Notes under the pieces: model-generated
Seen by the model: only the letters and a program-made list of their open reading frames with translations
Databases searched by the model: none
Told to the model about the DNA's origin: nothing
Shown: piece after piece, positions 38,193-47,404 of the stretch
How the letters are laid out: every line of letters begins with the position of its first letter
Position numbering within the stretch: position 1 is the stretch's first letter
Translations under genes and position numbers: made by a program
Assembly (NCBI GenBank): GCA_963834265.1
Contig: CAWIAU010000001.1
Location: forward strand, 7,572-71,571
Length of the DNA stretch: 64,000 nucleotides
From: an uncultured bacterium
GTDB taxonomy: Bacteria; Patescibacteriota; Saccharimonadia; Saccharimonadales; 2-12-FULL-41-12
Direction: 5' to 3'

Positions 38193-38831
38193 ATGGAATT
38201 TATGAATCGTGGCGTTCGTCAACCGCAACCAGGAACTCCTGTAGAGAGCGACAATGTCCAATCAGCAGCTAAAGCTAGCCGGGCTTCCGGGTCTCGTGTT
38301 GGTCCGAAAGGTCTTAGAATCGCACAAGTCGGGCTGTTAGCATGCATTGCCGTACTTCTCGTAGCGGCAGCTATATTAATGGCTACCAGCAAGGATGACA
38401 GGAATACAGCTGTCGCCAGCGAGGCCCGGCTCGTAGATACCGCTAAAATGCAGGCGATTTTCCTGAATAACGGGCAGGTATACTTCGGCAAGATCGGTGA
38501 TCTGAATAAAGACTACCTAAGCATGGTAGACATTTACTACTTGAGAGTTAATCAGCAGGTACAGCCCGGCCAGCAGGCAAGCCAGAACGATGTCTCTTTG
38601 GCTAAGCTCGGTTGTGAGCTACATGGTCCTGAAGACCGAATGGTGGTTAACCGGTCCCAGGTGGTATTCTGGGAAAACCTCAAGACTGACGGTCAGGTCG
38701 CAGACGCCGTCAAGAAATTCAAAGAAGCTAATCCTGATGGTCAGAAGTGTCAGACTGAACCGGCTGCCAGTACACCAGGTACTACTACGCCAGCCGCAAC
38801 TACCCCTGCCGCTACAACACCAAGACGGTAG
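38193..38831 (+). CDS. membrane-anchored extracytoplasmic protein of unknown function
   Basis: GAGGTGG RBS, one TM helix (LLACIAVLLVAAAILMA) and a C-terminal Thr/Pro/Ala repeat tail. Confidence 0.6.
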   Translation: MEFMNRGVRQPQPGTPVESDNVQSAAKASRASGSRVGPKGLRIAQVGLLACIAVLLVAAAILMATSKDDRNTAVASEARLVDTAKMQAIFLNNGQVYFGKIGDLNKDYLSMVDIYYLRVNQQVQPGQQASQNDVSLAKLGCELHGPEDRMVVNRSQVVFWENLKTDGQVADAVKKFKEANPDGQKCQTEPAASTPGTTTPAATTPAATTPRR

Positions 38832-38852
38832 ACGCACCCGGCATAAGCTAAT

Positions 38853-38886
38853 TATAAAACCCCGTTTATTTTCGCGGGGTTTTATA
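38853..38886. terminator. 12-bp perfect hairpin, bidirectional terminator between convergent genes
   Basis: TATAAAACCCCG-tttattttcg-CGGGGTTTTATA. Confidence 0.8.
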
Positions 38887-38943
38887 ATTCTACCGAAAAA
38901 CTATTCTGTTGTGCGCGTCGGTTACCTGATTATCGTAATTTAT

Positions 38944-39549
38944 TCAGGCCAGACGCCTTACCAGCCACCACTCTACAAGGTAGCGCAGAACAAATAGTCC
39001 GAAGAACAGGCAGCTCAGGGCTAAACCTATGCCTGCAAGATCCGGAGTCCAGGCAGGACTTTTGAAATCGAACTTATAAAGCTCACCCGGAATTTGTCGT
39101 TCAACCGTAGCATGCCTGGCTATATAATCCTGCACGCAGGAAACACGCGCAACATTAGGCCCCTGTCCGGGAAACTGGCTTTGGCAGATGGCTTCCGCCT
39201 GAGCATTGACCGATACATTGGCTTGTTTAACACGTTCTTTTTCGGCCGCTAAAAGCCTTTCATAATGGGCTTTCAGATGGATGGGAGGCTTTATAGGAGA
39301 AGGACCGCCCGAGAGATCTGTATTCATATGTGCGAACACAAAAGAGCGCAAGTCATTCAGTGCCTTTTCAGTATTCACGGCCTGTTGGTCAGCAACGATA
39401 ACCGCTTGTCTCAAATCACTCATTGTCCGGTAATTCTGGCGCATTCCGTATACACCAATGATCAAAAAAACAATAGCTATAATCAGAAAATACCATGCAT
39501 TTACGATGCGAAGTTTTTTGTGCCAATAATAAAGCTTACGTTTATTCAT
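38944..39549 (-). CDS. membrane protein of unknown function (N- and C-terminal TM helices)
   Basis: 201 aa; 4-nt gap to the upstream MFS gene. Confidence 0.55.
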   Translation of the reverse strand: MNKRKLYYWHKKLRIVNAWYFLIIAIVFLIIGVYGMRQNYRTMSDLRQAVIVADQQAVNTEKALNDLRSFVFAHMNTDLSGGPSPIKPPIHLKAHYERLLAAEKERVKQANVSVNAQAEAICQSQFPGQGPNVARVSCVQDYIARHATVERQIPGELYKFDFKSPAWTPDLAGIGLALSCLFFGLFVLRYLVEWWLVRRLA

Positions 39550-39553
39550 ACAA

Positions 39554-40759
39554 TCATTCTAGTGCACGAAAACGCTCTGTCATAATCAACAGCGACATTA
39601 TTACCCCTATCAGAAATAGTAACCTGAAAATATGCTCAATGTCGCTAATATAATAAGCAATGATTGTTGCAGAGATAAAAAACAGAGCTTTTGCAAATGC
39701 ACAGGTCGATTCCATGACGCTAATGTAAACGATTCTGCTTCCCGGATAATCATCAGCTGCATCATACATACCTTTAAAATATGGCATTCTGAACATCGGA
39801 CTTATAGCTTCGCTGAGCATGTTTATACCAAACGCTGCCGGTAAGCTGTTCGCATAAGGCCGGAATATGTGAAGACCGGCATTGGCAGTGGCCCCCAGGC
39901 GAAGCAGCTGGCGTCCTTTTTGTTTATCTATCAGAACCCCGATTGATCTTGATGCCAGAAACGCAATAACCACTGAAACCGATGTGATAAATCCCAGATT
40001 AATATAAGGACTCTCCGGAAAAATAATCAATGCTATAAAAAATGGCCATACTGTTAGCTGAATCAGGGCTTCAGTTCCCTGAGCAGCATGAGAGAATATA
40101 TCACGGCTTACGCGCCTGATAGGAAGAGCAGAAAAATTTATAAACTGGCGGGTTTTGATGGGTTCAGCAGTGCTTAATAGCGGTAATGTACCGAGGAATA
40201 ACAAAATAATAGATACCAGAAAAATATATTGCGCTCCGAAGAAATAAGCGACAACTCCTCCGATAATCGGGCCGAGAGCGAGCCCGGTCTTTTGCATAAC
40301 AAACATCCAGCCCACTTCTTTGCCGCCGTGTTTGCTGTGTTTAACTTTTGAGAAATCGATGTGGAAAGCCAGAAAGAATAAACCATTGCTGGCTCCGAAA
40401 AATAATGCGATTAATATCAATGGCCATCCAACAGAACCCAAACTGACCAGCATGGCCATAGAAGCGACAATCAGAAAATGGCTCATAAGCATCGAATGCT
40501 TCGGGCCGACTCTGGCCACAATCCAGGCGCCGGCTATGGCAGCCATCTGCCAGAAAATATAGACCCAGGCAAAGAACAAAAAGATTGCAGCTATTTCATA
40601 GCCCAGCTTATAAAGATATATTGGTATGAATATACCTACTATGCTTTGCGCCATGCTTCGGAACATCATGCTGGTATACAGCTCGCTTAGTTCATCGAAG
40701 CCTATATCACGCCAGTAGTGTCGGTGCCCGAGAAAACGCCTGATTAATTTTTGAAGCAT
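39554..40759 (-). CDS. MFS-type transporter
   Basis: 401 aa with about 12 TM helices in two halves. No substrate inference is possible. Confidence 0.65.
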   Translation of the reverse strand: MLQKLIRRFLGHRHYWRDIGFDELSELYTSMMFRSMAQSIVGIFIPIYLYKLGYEIAAIFLFFAWVYIFWQMAAIAGAWIVARVGPKHSMLMSHFLIVASMAMLVSLGSVGWPLILIALFFGASNGLFFLAFHIDFSKVKHSKHGGKEVGWMFVMQKTGLALGPIIGGVVAYFFGAQYIFLVSIILLFLGTLPLLSTAEPIKTRQFINFSALPIRRVSRDIFSHAAQGTEALIQLTVWPFFIALIIFPESPYINLGFITSVSVVIAFLASRSIGVLIDKQKGRQLLRLGATANAGLHIFRPYANSLPAAFGINMLSEAISPMFRMPYFKGMYDAADDYPGSRIVYISVMESTCAFAKALFFISATIIAYYISDIEHIFRLLFLIGVIMSLLIMTERFRALE

Positions 40760-40818
40760 ATTCGATTTTAGAGTGACTTCTCAATCATACCATCTGACGG
40801 CTGTGGTTTAATACATAT

Positions 40819-42123
40819 ATGCATATTTACTTTTCCGGTATCGGCGGTGCTGGTATGGGCCCGCTTGCGTTGATAGCACATCAATCCGGCCATGAGATAT
40901 CCGGTTCTGACAAGCAGGATTCACAGTATCTGGCTTATCTACAGGATAAAGGACTGCACGATATTCATGTTGGACAATCTGCCGAAGCAATTGAAAGTCT
41001 GCATCAGAAAAAGCCGATCGACTGGATCGTATTTTCTTCAGCGGTACTTATAGAAAATGCTGATCATCCTGAGCTGATCTTTGCTAAAAAACAAGAGATA
41101 CGGACCAGCAAACGTGACGAGCTATTAAATAAAATCATCGCAGACAACGGACAGAAGCTCATAGCTATAGCCGGTACACACGGCAAAACCACTACAACCG
41201 CGATGGTTGTTTGGCTCTTAAAGCAGTCAGGACAGCCTCTCAGCTACTCTGTCGGCGCCAAGTTATCATTCGGTGATATGGGTCAATTTGACTCAAGAGC
41301 AGAATACTTTGTATATGAATGTGATGAGTTCGACCGGAATTTTCTGGCTTTTCATCCATATCTTAGCCTGATCAGTGGTATATCCTGGGATCATCATGAA
41401 ATTTTCCCAACGAGTAAGGCATACAACGAAGCCTTTCACCAATTCATCGGACAATCAGAATGGACAATCCTGTGGCCCAAAGATATGAAATATCTTAATC
41501 TGCAAAGCAGCAACAGTATATTCTCGCCGGATCCGAAGCTTACCCAGTCAGACAAATTAACTCTTGTAGGCCAAGTTAACCGCGAGAATGGCTGGCTGGC
41601 CATACAGGCCGTCGCGGAACTCACTCAGGAACCTTACGACAAGCTAGCCTCCCTTATGAACAATTTTCCAAGCTTGTCGCGCCGTATGGAGCAATTAGTG
41701 CCAGGACTCTATTCCGACTATGCCCACACTCCCGAAAAGATCCGTGGCGCAATCGAAACTGCTCTGGAGATTGTCAAAGATGATACCAGCAAGCTGGTTA
41801 TCGTCTATGAACCTCTGACAAATCGTCGGCAGCATTATATAAAAAAATTGTATTCTGATCTGTTCAGAGATATTAATAAGCTTTATTGGGTACCCAGCTT
41901 TCTAACACGTGAAGATCCGGCGCAAAAAGTATTAACTCCGGCAGATTTAATAGCGAATATGACAAATCCGCAGATTGCAGAGCCAGCTGATATGAACGAT
42001 AATCTTAAACAAACAATCCAAAAACACTTAGACCAGGGTGATCAGGTTGTCTGTTTAACAGGCGGCGGAGGCGGAAGCCTCGACGAATGGCTCCGGGCAA
42101 ACTTCGTTCGCAATAGTAAGTAG
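40819..42123 (+). CDS. murC: Mur ligase family, MurC/Mpl-like (UDP-N-acetylmuramate--L-alanine ligase type)
   Basis: N-terminal IYFSGIGGAGMGPLALI and P-loop AIAGTHGKTTTTAM. At 434 aa it is shorter than a typical MurC, so Mpl is not excluded. Confidence 0.75.
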   Translation: MHIYFSGIGGAGMGPLALIAHQSGHEISGSDKQDSQYLAYLQDKGLHDIHVGQSAEAIESLHQKKPIDWIVFSSAVLIENADHPELIFAKKQEIRTSKRDELLNKIIADNGQKLIAIAGTHGKTTTTAMVVWLLKQSGQPLSYSVGAKLSFGDMGQFDSRAEYFVYECDEFDRNFLAFHPYLSLISGISWDHHEIFPTSKAYNEAFHQFIGQSEWTILWPKDMKYLNLQSSNSIFSPDPKLTQSDKLTLVGQVNRENGWLAIQAVAELTQEPYDKLASLMNNFPSLSRRMEQLVPGLYSDYAHTPEKIRGAIETALEIVKDDTSKLVIVYEPLTNRRQHYIKKLYSDLFRDINKLYWVPSFLTREDPAQKVLTPADLIANMTNPQIAEPADMNDNLKQTIQKHLDQGDQVVCLTGGGGGSLDEWLRANFVRNSK

Positions 42124-42142
42124 ATCTTAGCTGGTATTATGG

Positions 42143-42475
42143 TTAACGGTTGTCGCCGCTGCCTTTGGTCACTCCGCGTTTTTTGCGGCTGTGGATTTTT
42201 TCCAGATTTTTTTCGGCAATTTCACTGAGCGGCACTTCCAGAATGTCAGCTAGAGCTTGCAGGTACCAGAGTACGTCCCCCAGCTCTTTGATAAGATCCT
42301 CTTTGTCCTGGGAATTCATTTTGCTTTCTTTGTCGCGCAGGACTTTTTTCATTTTTTCGGCTACTTCACCGGCCTCCCCTACCAGACCGAGCGTCCTGTA
42401 CATCAGAGCGTTGAAATCACGTTTTGGATTAAGTGCAGTACCTATTGCCTGCTTCTGATAGTCATCAAATTTCAC
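42143..42475 (-). CDS. MazG-like nucleotide pyrophosphohydrolase (single domain)
   Basis: LVGEAGEVAEKMKK ... ELGDVLWYL. Confidence 0.8.
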   Translation of the reverse strand: MKFDDYQKQAIGTALNPKRDFNALMYRTLGLVGEAGEVAEKMKKVLRDKESKMNSQDKEDLIKELGDVLWYLQALADILEVPLSEIAEKNLEKIHSRKKRGVTKGSGDNR

Positions 42476-42485
42476 GCAAGGCCTC

Positions 42486-43079
42486 TCATGATTCTATTTC
42501 TCCTTTTTCATTAATCTTAACAGCTCCGAGGCGCAAAATCTCAATTGCATCATCTACAATCCGGATGATCGTCGACGGCTGTTTTCCGGTCATATCCCCC
42601 CCATCAACATATACATCAACCTTATCACCAAAATATTTTTGAGCCTCTGCGAGTGTATTTGCCGGCGTGTTTCCGGGCAGATTTGCACTTGTTGTAAGCA
42701 GAGGGCCAGTTCGATCAAGCAGACGAATTAATTCCGTGTCCGCCACCACACGAACAGCCATACTTCCTTTGCCCTGGTCAATATATTTAAGATCAGAGCC
42801 TGTAGGAATTACGATGCTTATTTCTCCGGGCCACATGTGTTCGACAGCTTTCAAATAACGACGTTTAATCCCCAGATTAACCAGCTGATCGGTTGAGGAC
42901 GCAATAACTGTGCCCGGTTTTGCTTCCCGCTTTTTACTCATATACAGCCGTTTAACGGCCGCCTGATCACTGGCAGGTGCCACCAAACCATACACGGTAT
43001 CAGTCGGAATAACTGCCACTCCTCCATTATTCAGCATTTCCACCAGATGTATATCCTGAAGTGAAGATAAAATAAGCAT
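42486..43079 (-). CDS. tsaC: L-threonylcarbamoyladenylate synthase (TsaC/YrdC/Sua5 family)
   Basis: VAVIPTDTVYGLVA, KKREAKP, LLTTSANLPG. Confidence 0.85.
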   Translation of the reverse strand: MLILSSLQDIHLVEMLNNGGVAVIPTDTVYGLVAPASDQAAVKRLYMSKKREAKPGTVIASSTDQLVNLGIKRRYLKAVEHMWPGEISIVIPTGSDLKYIDQGKGSMAVRVVADTELIRLLDRTGPLLTTSANLPGNTPANTLAEAQKYFGDKVDVYVDGGDMTGKQPSTIIRIVDDAIEILRLGAVKINEKGEIES

Positions 43080-43124
43080 AAAAGTTTTATTAATTCTCCT
43101 CTGTAAGTATTATACTATCCTCTA

Positions 43125-44018
43125 ATGGATGAATCGCTACTGGAATCTGCTCTGGCAAGTTACGATACTTTTTTGCATAATATCGGTAGCTGGTTCTCAA
43201 GTCACGGCTGGACTGTTCTGGGCATCATGCTGGGCGCCTGGCTTGTAAGGCGCTTTGGTGCACAGCTGATTATCCGCGCTTTTCACCGGACTATCCGGGA
43301 AGACCTCTATCCAACGCGGGCAGACCGCGAGAAGCGTATCAGAACATTAGATGCTCTCATACACGCAGTGACACGCTTCGGAGTTTATATTGTGGCCGGC
43401 ATTATGATTGTCAGCGAGCTGGGCGTCAATACCGCGCCGTTGCTGGCCAGTGCAGGAATCCTCGGTATCGCGCTTGGCTTTGGAGCTCAGAGCCTGATCA
43501 GAGACTTTGTTAGCGGTATATTTATAATTACTGAGAATCAGTACCGTGTAGGAGACATCATCGAGCTGGATAACACTGCGGGCGTTGTCGAAGCCATAAC
43601 TATCCGTACGACCGTTATCCGCGATCTCAGCGGCAACCAGCACCATATACCCAATGGTAGTATCATTCGCACCACCAATATGACAATGGGCTTTGGTGGA
43701 ATAGATGAGAATATTGTCGTCGGCAACGAAACAGATATGCCGGAGTTAATCGCACTTATAAATAAAATCGGCGCAGAAATGGCTGAAGATCCTGTTTTCG
43801 CCAAAAAAATCAAAGAACCGCCACATTTTTTACGCATCATCAGCCTGAACAGGGGTGGCATAGAAGTAAAGATTATCGGTACTACAGGAGCCAGTGATTC
43901 ATGGGATGTAAAGGCGGAGTTATACAGCCGCTTATTGCCCGCTTTGCGCAAAGCAAAGATCAGCACCCCGACCACAGACTTCAATACAGTATTTACCCGG
44001 GCCGGTACTAAACTTTAG
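43125..44018 (+). CDS. mechanosensitive ion channel (MscS family)
   Basis: Three TM helices, then GIALGFGAQSLIRDFVSGIFIITENQYRVGDII. Confidence 0.85.
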   Translation: MDESLLESALASYDTFLHNIGSWFSSHGWTVLGIMLGAWLVRRFGAQLIIRAFHRTIREDLYPTRADREKRIRTLDALIHAVTRFGVYIVAGIMIVSELGVNTAPLLASAGILGIALGFGAQSLIRDFVSGIFIITENQYRVGDIIELDNTAGVVEAITIRTTVIRDLSGNQHHIPNGSIIRTTNMTMGFGGIDENIVVGNETDMPELIALINKIGAEMAEDPVFAKKIKEPPHFLRIISLNRGGIEVKIIGTTGASDSWDVKAELYSRLLPALRKAKISTPTTDFNTVFTRAGTKL

Positions 44019-44064
44019 CGTGAACACAAGCCATGAAAATGATTCTTAGTTAAAATAAATTTTA

Positions 44065-44400
44065 TTATTTGAGCGCCAGATAAACAGCAACCGCGATCAT
44101 GAATCCGGCTATGACAATGGCCGAGAAAATTGGCACGATTGGTATGGTCGAGGCAGGTTTGGGAGGGCGTGGAGCAGGAGCGGGTATGACCGCTAATTTT
44201 TCTTCATGATCAGATTCTTCTGGCTGTTCTGTTGCTGGTGATGTCTCAGGCGCCGGTGCGGGCGTTGTCTCCGGAGTATGCATTGGCTCAGGAGCAACCG
44301 AACTTTCGGATGGCTTTGCGCTTTCGGCTACAGTTTTATCTTCAGGGGGAGGTGTTGGTGTTGGTGGAGGAACTTTAACATCATCCATTTTTATCTCCAT
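44065..44400 (-). CDS. tail-anchored Pro/Thr/Glu-rich protein
   Basis: 111 aa of low complexity ending in one TM helix. An extended -10 TGCTAAAAT lies on the minus strand at 44439-44431. Confidence 0.5.
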   Translation of the reverse strand: MEIKMDDVKVPPPTPTPPPEDKTVAESAKPSESSVAPEPMHTPETTPAPAPETSPATEQPEESDHEEKLAVIPAPAPRPPKPASTIPIVPIFSAIVIAGFMIAVAVYLALK

Positions 44401-44475
44401 TTGTTACTTGGCCGGAAACTATTTATGCTTATTTTAGCACATTATCTTTACTAGTCATTTACGCAATCAGACTTA

Positions 44476-44644
44476 AGAGCTAATTAACATCTATCTGTCG
44501 GCTAAAAACTTAAGGTCCGGCACTTTCAATCTGTTTTTCGTTTTCGGTTCGTAGCAAAGGCTACGACCAAAAGCCGAAAAACAGATTGAAAATCATGTCG
44601 GCTGCTAAAGTTTCGCTATCAACAGATAGATGTTAATTAGCTCT
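44476..44644. repeat. 169-bp rod-like inverted-repeat element (E1)
   Basis: 23-bp perfect outer stem (44476-98 / 44622-44), 17-bp perfect inner stem (44524-40 / 44575-91) and an apical GTAGC-AAAG-GCTAC (44551-64). The large internal loop carries TGTCGGCT on both strands of the loop. Confidence 0.85.
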
Positions 44645-44888
44645 AAGATTTCTGCTGAGCAATCCAGGTCAGAATAATACCCACGCCCAGCAGTTCTCTA
44701 ATGCCATGGAAAATGATCCATGCAGGATTATCTGTAAGTCCTACGATATAAGTGAATGCTAATGACAAATACAGTACCGCGAACAGGTAACAGATCCACG
44801 CCTGCCAGCTGATCGGAAAATAACTTTTACGCTTCTCTATAAACCACTTATCCTGATTTGTTTTTACATCTTTTTTCTTCATACGCAC
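44643..44888 (-). CDS. small two-TM membrane protein
   Basis: 81 aa; its stop codon overlaps the outer arm of E1. Confidence 0.5.
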   Translation of the reverse strand: MRMKKKDVKTNQDKWFIEKRKSYFPISWQAWICYLFAVLYLSLAFTYIVGLTDNPAWIIFHGIRELLGVGIILTWIAQQKS

Positions 44889-44941
44889 AGTGTACCATTT
44901 TCAGTTGTCCAAAGGTAAGCAATTTGGACTTAGCTTACGCT

Positions 44942-47110
44942 CTAATAGTAATACCAGCGGTCAGTACCCGCGGTGTTGGTTACATCTGTCAGTTTTTTGG
45001 GCTGGCCGCCGCTCAGGCTCATGACGTAATCCGCTGTTTCCGGTCCGCCCGCAACCCTATAAACTACATGGTCGTTATCGAGCCAGCGTAACGGGTTTTT
45101 GAGGCCACTCTGTGAATGCAATACTTTGTCTTCTTTGCCTGTATGATCATAAGCCAAAAGCGTTCCCTTGCCATCGCGATCTTCAACCCACAGACTGCGC
45201 GAATCATCAGGGCTGCCAATGTACAACCGGGAGACGAGTGCGGGAGGAGCTCCGGTGGCCTTACTGAACTTACCCCCCGGGATATCGTAGTCGTACCAAT
45301 CCTGACCGACAGACACGCTTATTCGGTCAAAGCTGGTACGGAAGAGATTCCAGGCTTCTTTGTCCGAGATAGTCTTTTTGCCGCTGCCATCAGAATCGAT
45401 TCTGAATAAGCCTATAGCTCCGTTCACTTTATATATCGCCGGGCTGTAATATATTGCGCCCCGGGCTACCATAACATCGTTGAAGTAATTGGTACTGGCC
45501 AGTTCTTTTTCCTGCTCGGTTTTCAGATCATAAGACATCAACCGATGTCGCTGAGGGCTGGCCGCACTGGCACCCTCGGCTACCACGACATAGATCAATC
45601 TATCTCCTATCCAATCAATGATCTGGATTCTTTCTGACTGTCCGATTTTGGTTATGGTCGCATTTTCTACATTGATAATGTTGAGCGTGCTCAACAAAAA
45701 GCCATCTTTATTTCGTATATTGCCACGTGTCGAGACAAAAGCTGTCATTTCTTTAGCAGGATGCGATACCAGGGTCATACTATCCGGCTGTTCGCTACCT
45801 GTTCCAAGTAGTAATTTTTGTTCATTTTTGCCGTCAACGTCAATCTTGTAGATGTCAAATGTCCCGCTCCGTTTGGACACAAAGACGGCTTTTCGCGCCG
45901 GTACCAGTTTGACCTGCTGGTTTACTTTGTTGGCAGCAGGAATTTTCAATATTTCATTACGATAATTGTCAGCTGTTATGGTCACTTCTATCTCTGCGTC
46001 ATCAGACTGCGGTACACTTAATACGACTTCACCTTTTTCATTGGAGCTGGCGCTGGCTTCACCGCTGGATGCTTCGCCTTTTGTGAGTGATTTGCCTGAC
46101 AGAAAATCACTTAGTATAAAGGTGTACTGGCTACCAACGGGTATCAGATTCATGCTGCCAAGCGGATTGCTGCCCCAGCCGATATTTAATTCTTTTGTCA
46201 TATCAGCAAATGCAACCTTTTTGATACTAAGCGTCTGCGCCCCAAGCTTAATATGATCGAGCCTCACTGTGCCTTCTTTGTCCGTTCTGCTTGTTTGTCC
46301 GGCCAGATTAACTTCAACGTTTTTGAGTGGCTGACCGGTGGTCTGATCCAGAACTACCATCGAAGTGGAAGCTCGCACACCTACAGTATTGAGCACAAAA
46401 TAACGGCTGGAAGGCAATACAGCGCACGCTACCAAACCGGCCAGTAGCAATATTACTGTAAGCCGGCGATACAGCCGGTTATGCCACCATGCCCCGAAAA
46501 ATGCCTTGAATTTAGATTGTGTTTTGGGCTGTGCAGCCAATAACGGAGGAGTCTCAGAGGTGTTACCTGCCCGTTCGTCTTCGGCAGCCAGAAGTTCATC
46601 CGCTTCCTCGGCCACAATAGCATCGACAAGTTTGCCTGTATCCGGGTCATCAAGTTTCAGTTCATCTGTAGGCTTGACGGCTGTGCTGTCTTCTTCGGTT
46701 GTATTTTCGGGTAATTCTTCGGGCTCTGTTTCAGCTACTACTTCAGGCTCTTCAATAATCTTTACTTCGTCAGGATTATCCGTTGCTTCAGACTGTTCAG
46801 GTACTTCATCTCCGGACACTTTTCTTTTATCAGGATCGGCATGGGGGGCCGTTTTATCTTCGGGAACATCTGTAGTTTCATTTTCATCGTGGAAAATTTT
46901 GATTTTTTTTAACTTTTCGGTAGGCAAAAGCGGAGCACCCATTGACTCAGAATCTTTTGGAGCCGGAGCCAGCGTATCGCTGATATCCGGTTCATCCGGA
47001 ATATCGCTACTCATCATAGCGTCGACTTTGCTCTCCAGTTCAGGATCAACGCCGCCGGAATCAAATCCTGGCTCGTGGTCTGCTTTGGGTGTGTCTTTTT
47101 TATTGGCCAT
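44942..47110 (-). CDS. membrane-anchored protein: acidic disordered tail, TM, CarboxypepD_reg-like domain, TolB/PD40-like beta-propeller
   Basis: 722 aa. The N-terminal about 210 aa are D/E/P-rich, followed by a TM helix. MVVLDQTTGQPLKNVEVNL...TDKEGTVRL, then FVSKRSGTFDIYKIDVDGKNEQKLL-type repeats. Paralogue of 47907-49676. Confidence 0.8.
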   Translation of the reverse strand: MANKKDTPKADHEPGFDSGGVDPELESKVDAMMSSDIPDEPDISDTLAPAPKDSESMGAPLLPTEKLKKIKIFHDENETTDVPEDKTAPHADPDKRKVSGDEVPEQSEATDNPDEVKIIEEPEVVAETEPEELPENTTEEDSTAVKPTDELKLDDPDTGKLVDAIVAEEADELLAAEDERAGNTSETPPLLAAQPKTQSKFKAFFGAWWHNRLYRRLTVILLLAGLVACAVLPSSRYFVLNTVGVRASTSMVVLDQTTGQPLKNVEVNLAGQTSRTDKEGTVRLDHIKLGAQTLSIKKVAFADMTKELNIGWGSNPLGSMNLIPVGSQYTFILSDFLSGKSLTKGEASSGEASASSNEKGEVVLSVPQSDDAEIEVTITADNYRNEILKIPAANKVNQQVKLVPARKAVFVSKRSGTFDIYKIDVDGKNEQKLLLGTGSEQPDSMTLVSHPAKEMTAFVSTRGNIRNKDGFLLSTLNIINVENATITKIGQSERIQIIDWIGDRLIYVVVAEGASAASPQRHRLMSYDLKTEQEKELASTNYFNDVMVARGAIYYSPAIYKVNGAIGLFRIDSDGSGKKTISDKEAWNLFRTSFDRISVSVGQDWYDYDIPGGKFSKATGAPPALVSRLYIGSPDDSRSLWVEDRDGKGTLLAYDHTGKEDKVLHSQSGLKNPLRWLDNDHVVYRVAGGPETADYVMSLSGGQPKKLTDVTNTAGTDRWYYY

Positions 47111-47168
47111 AGAACTTTTTGTTTAGATTTAGATAAGGTTAAGCATAACAGATTTCTGCTGATATGTG

Positions 47169-47335
47169 TATATAGGACTTTCGCACTTTCCCACAGCCCC
47201 GGAACTCATCTGAGCTGCTGCAAATTGCCCATCTTCTCTCAATGTAGCGACGGCTACCCCTCCGGAAGCTGAACAATTTTCGCTAAACCCGAGCTGACCT
47301 CCGGAATCCATGTCAAAGTGCGAAAGTCCTATATA
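47169..47335 (-). ncRNA. candidate structured RNA / hairpin element E2, homologous to E3 in reverse orientation
   Basis: 21-bp perfect outer stem (47169-89 / 47315-35). The minus-strand core shares CAGCTCG, AGCGAAAATTGTT, GTAGCC, GCTACATTGA and CAATTTGCAGC with 52941-53103, in the same order. Confidence 0.45.
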
Positions 47336-47404
47336 GCTTTTGCAATTAACATGTTGGCGATACCGCTCTTCGGCAATGATCTGTTACTAAATCAATTGAC
47401 CGGA

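Noticed and set aside
44476-44644. E1 (and E2/E3) as 6S RNA, SRP RNA, Y RNA or a hammerhead-type ribozyme.
   Set aside because: The layout is superficially 6S-like, but the stems are far too perfect and three different loci exist. The SRP domain IV motif with its GNRA loop, a tRNA-like Y RNA module and the CUGANGA...GAAA hammerhead core are all absent. No assignment can be supported by eye.
47129-47311. The 60-aa ORF (MDSGGQLGFSENCS...) inside element E2.
   Set aside because: The homologous element E3 has a 5-nt indel that shifts the frame, leaving only a 14-codon ORF there. The ORF also runs out through the perfect inverted repeat and has no RBS.
44476-47335. The gene-hairpin-gene organisation read as integron cassettes with attC sites.
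   Set aside because: There is no intI or attI. The elements (165-170 bp) are longer than typical attC sites, they lack RYYYAAC/GTTRRRY core sites, and the genes between them have their own promoters.
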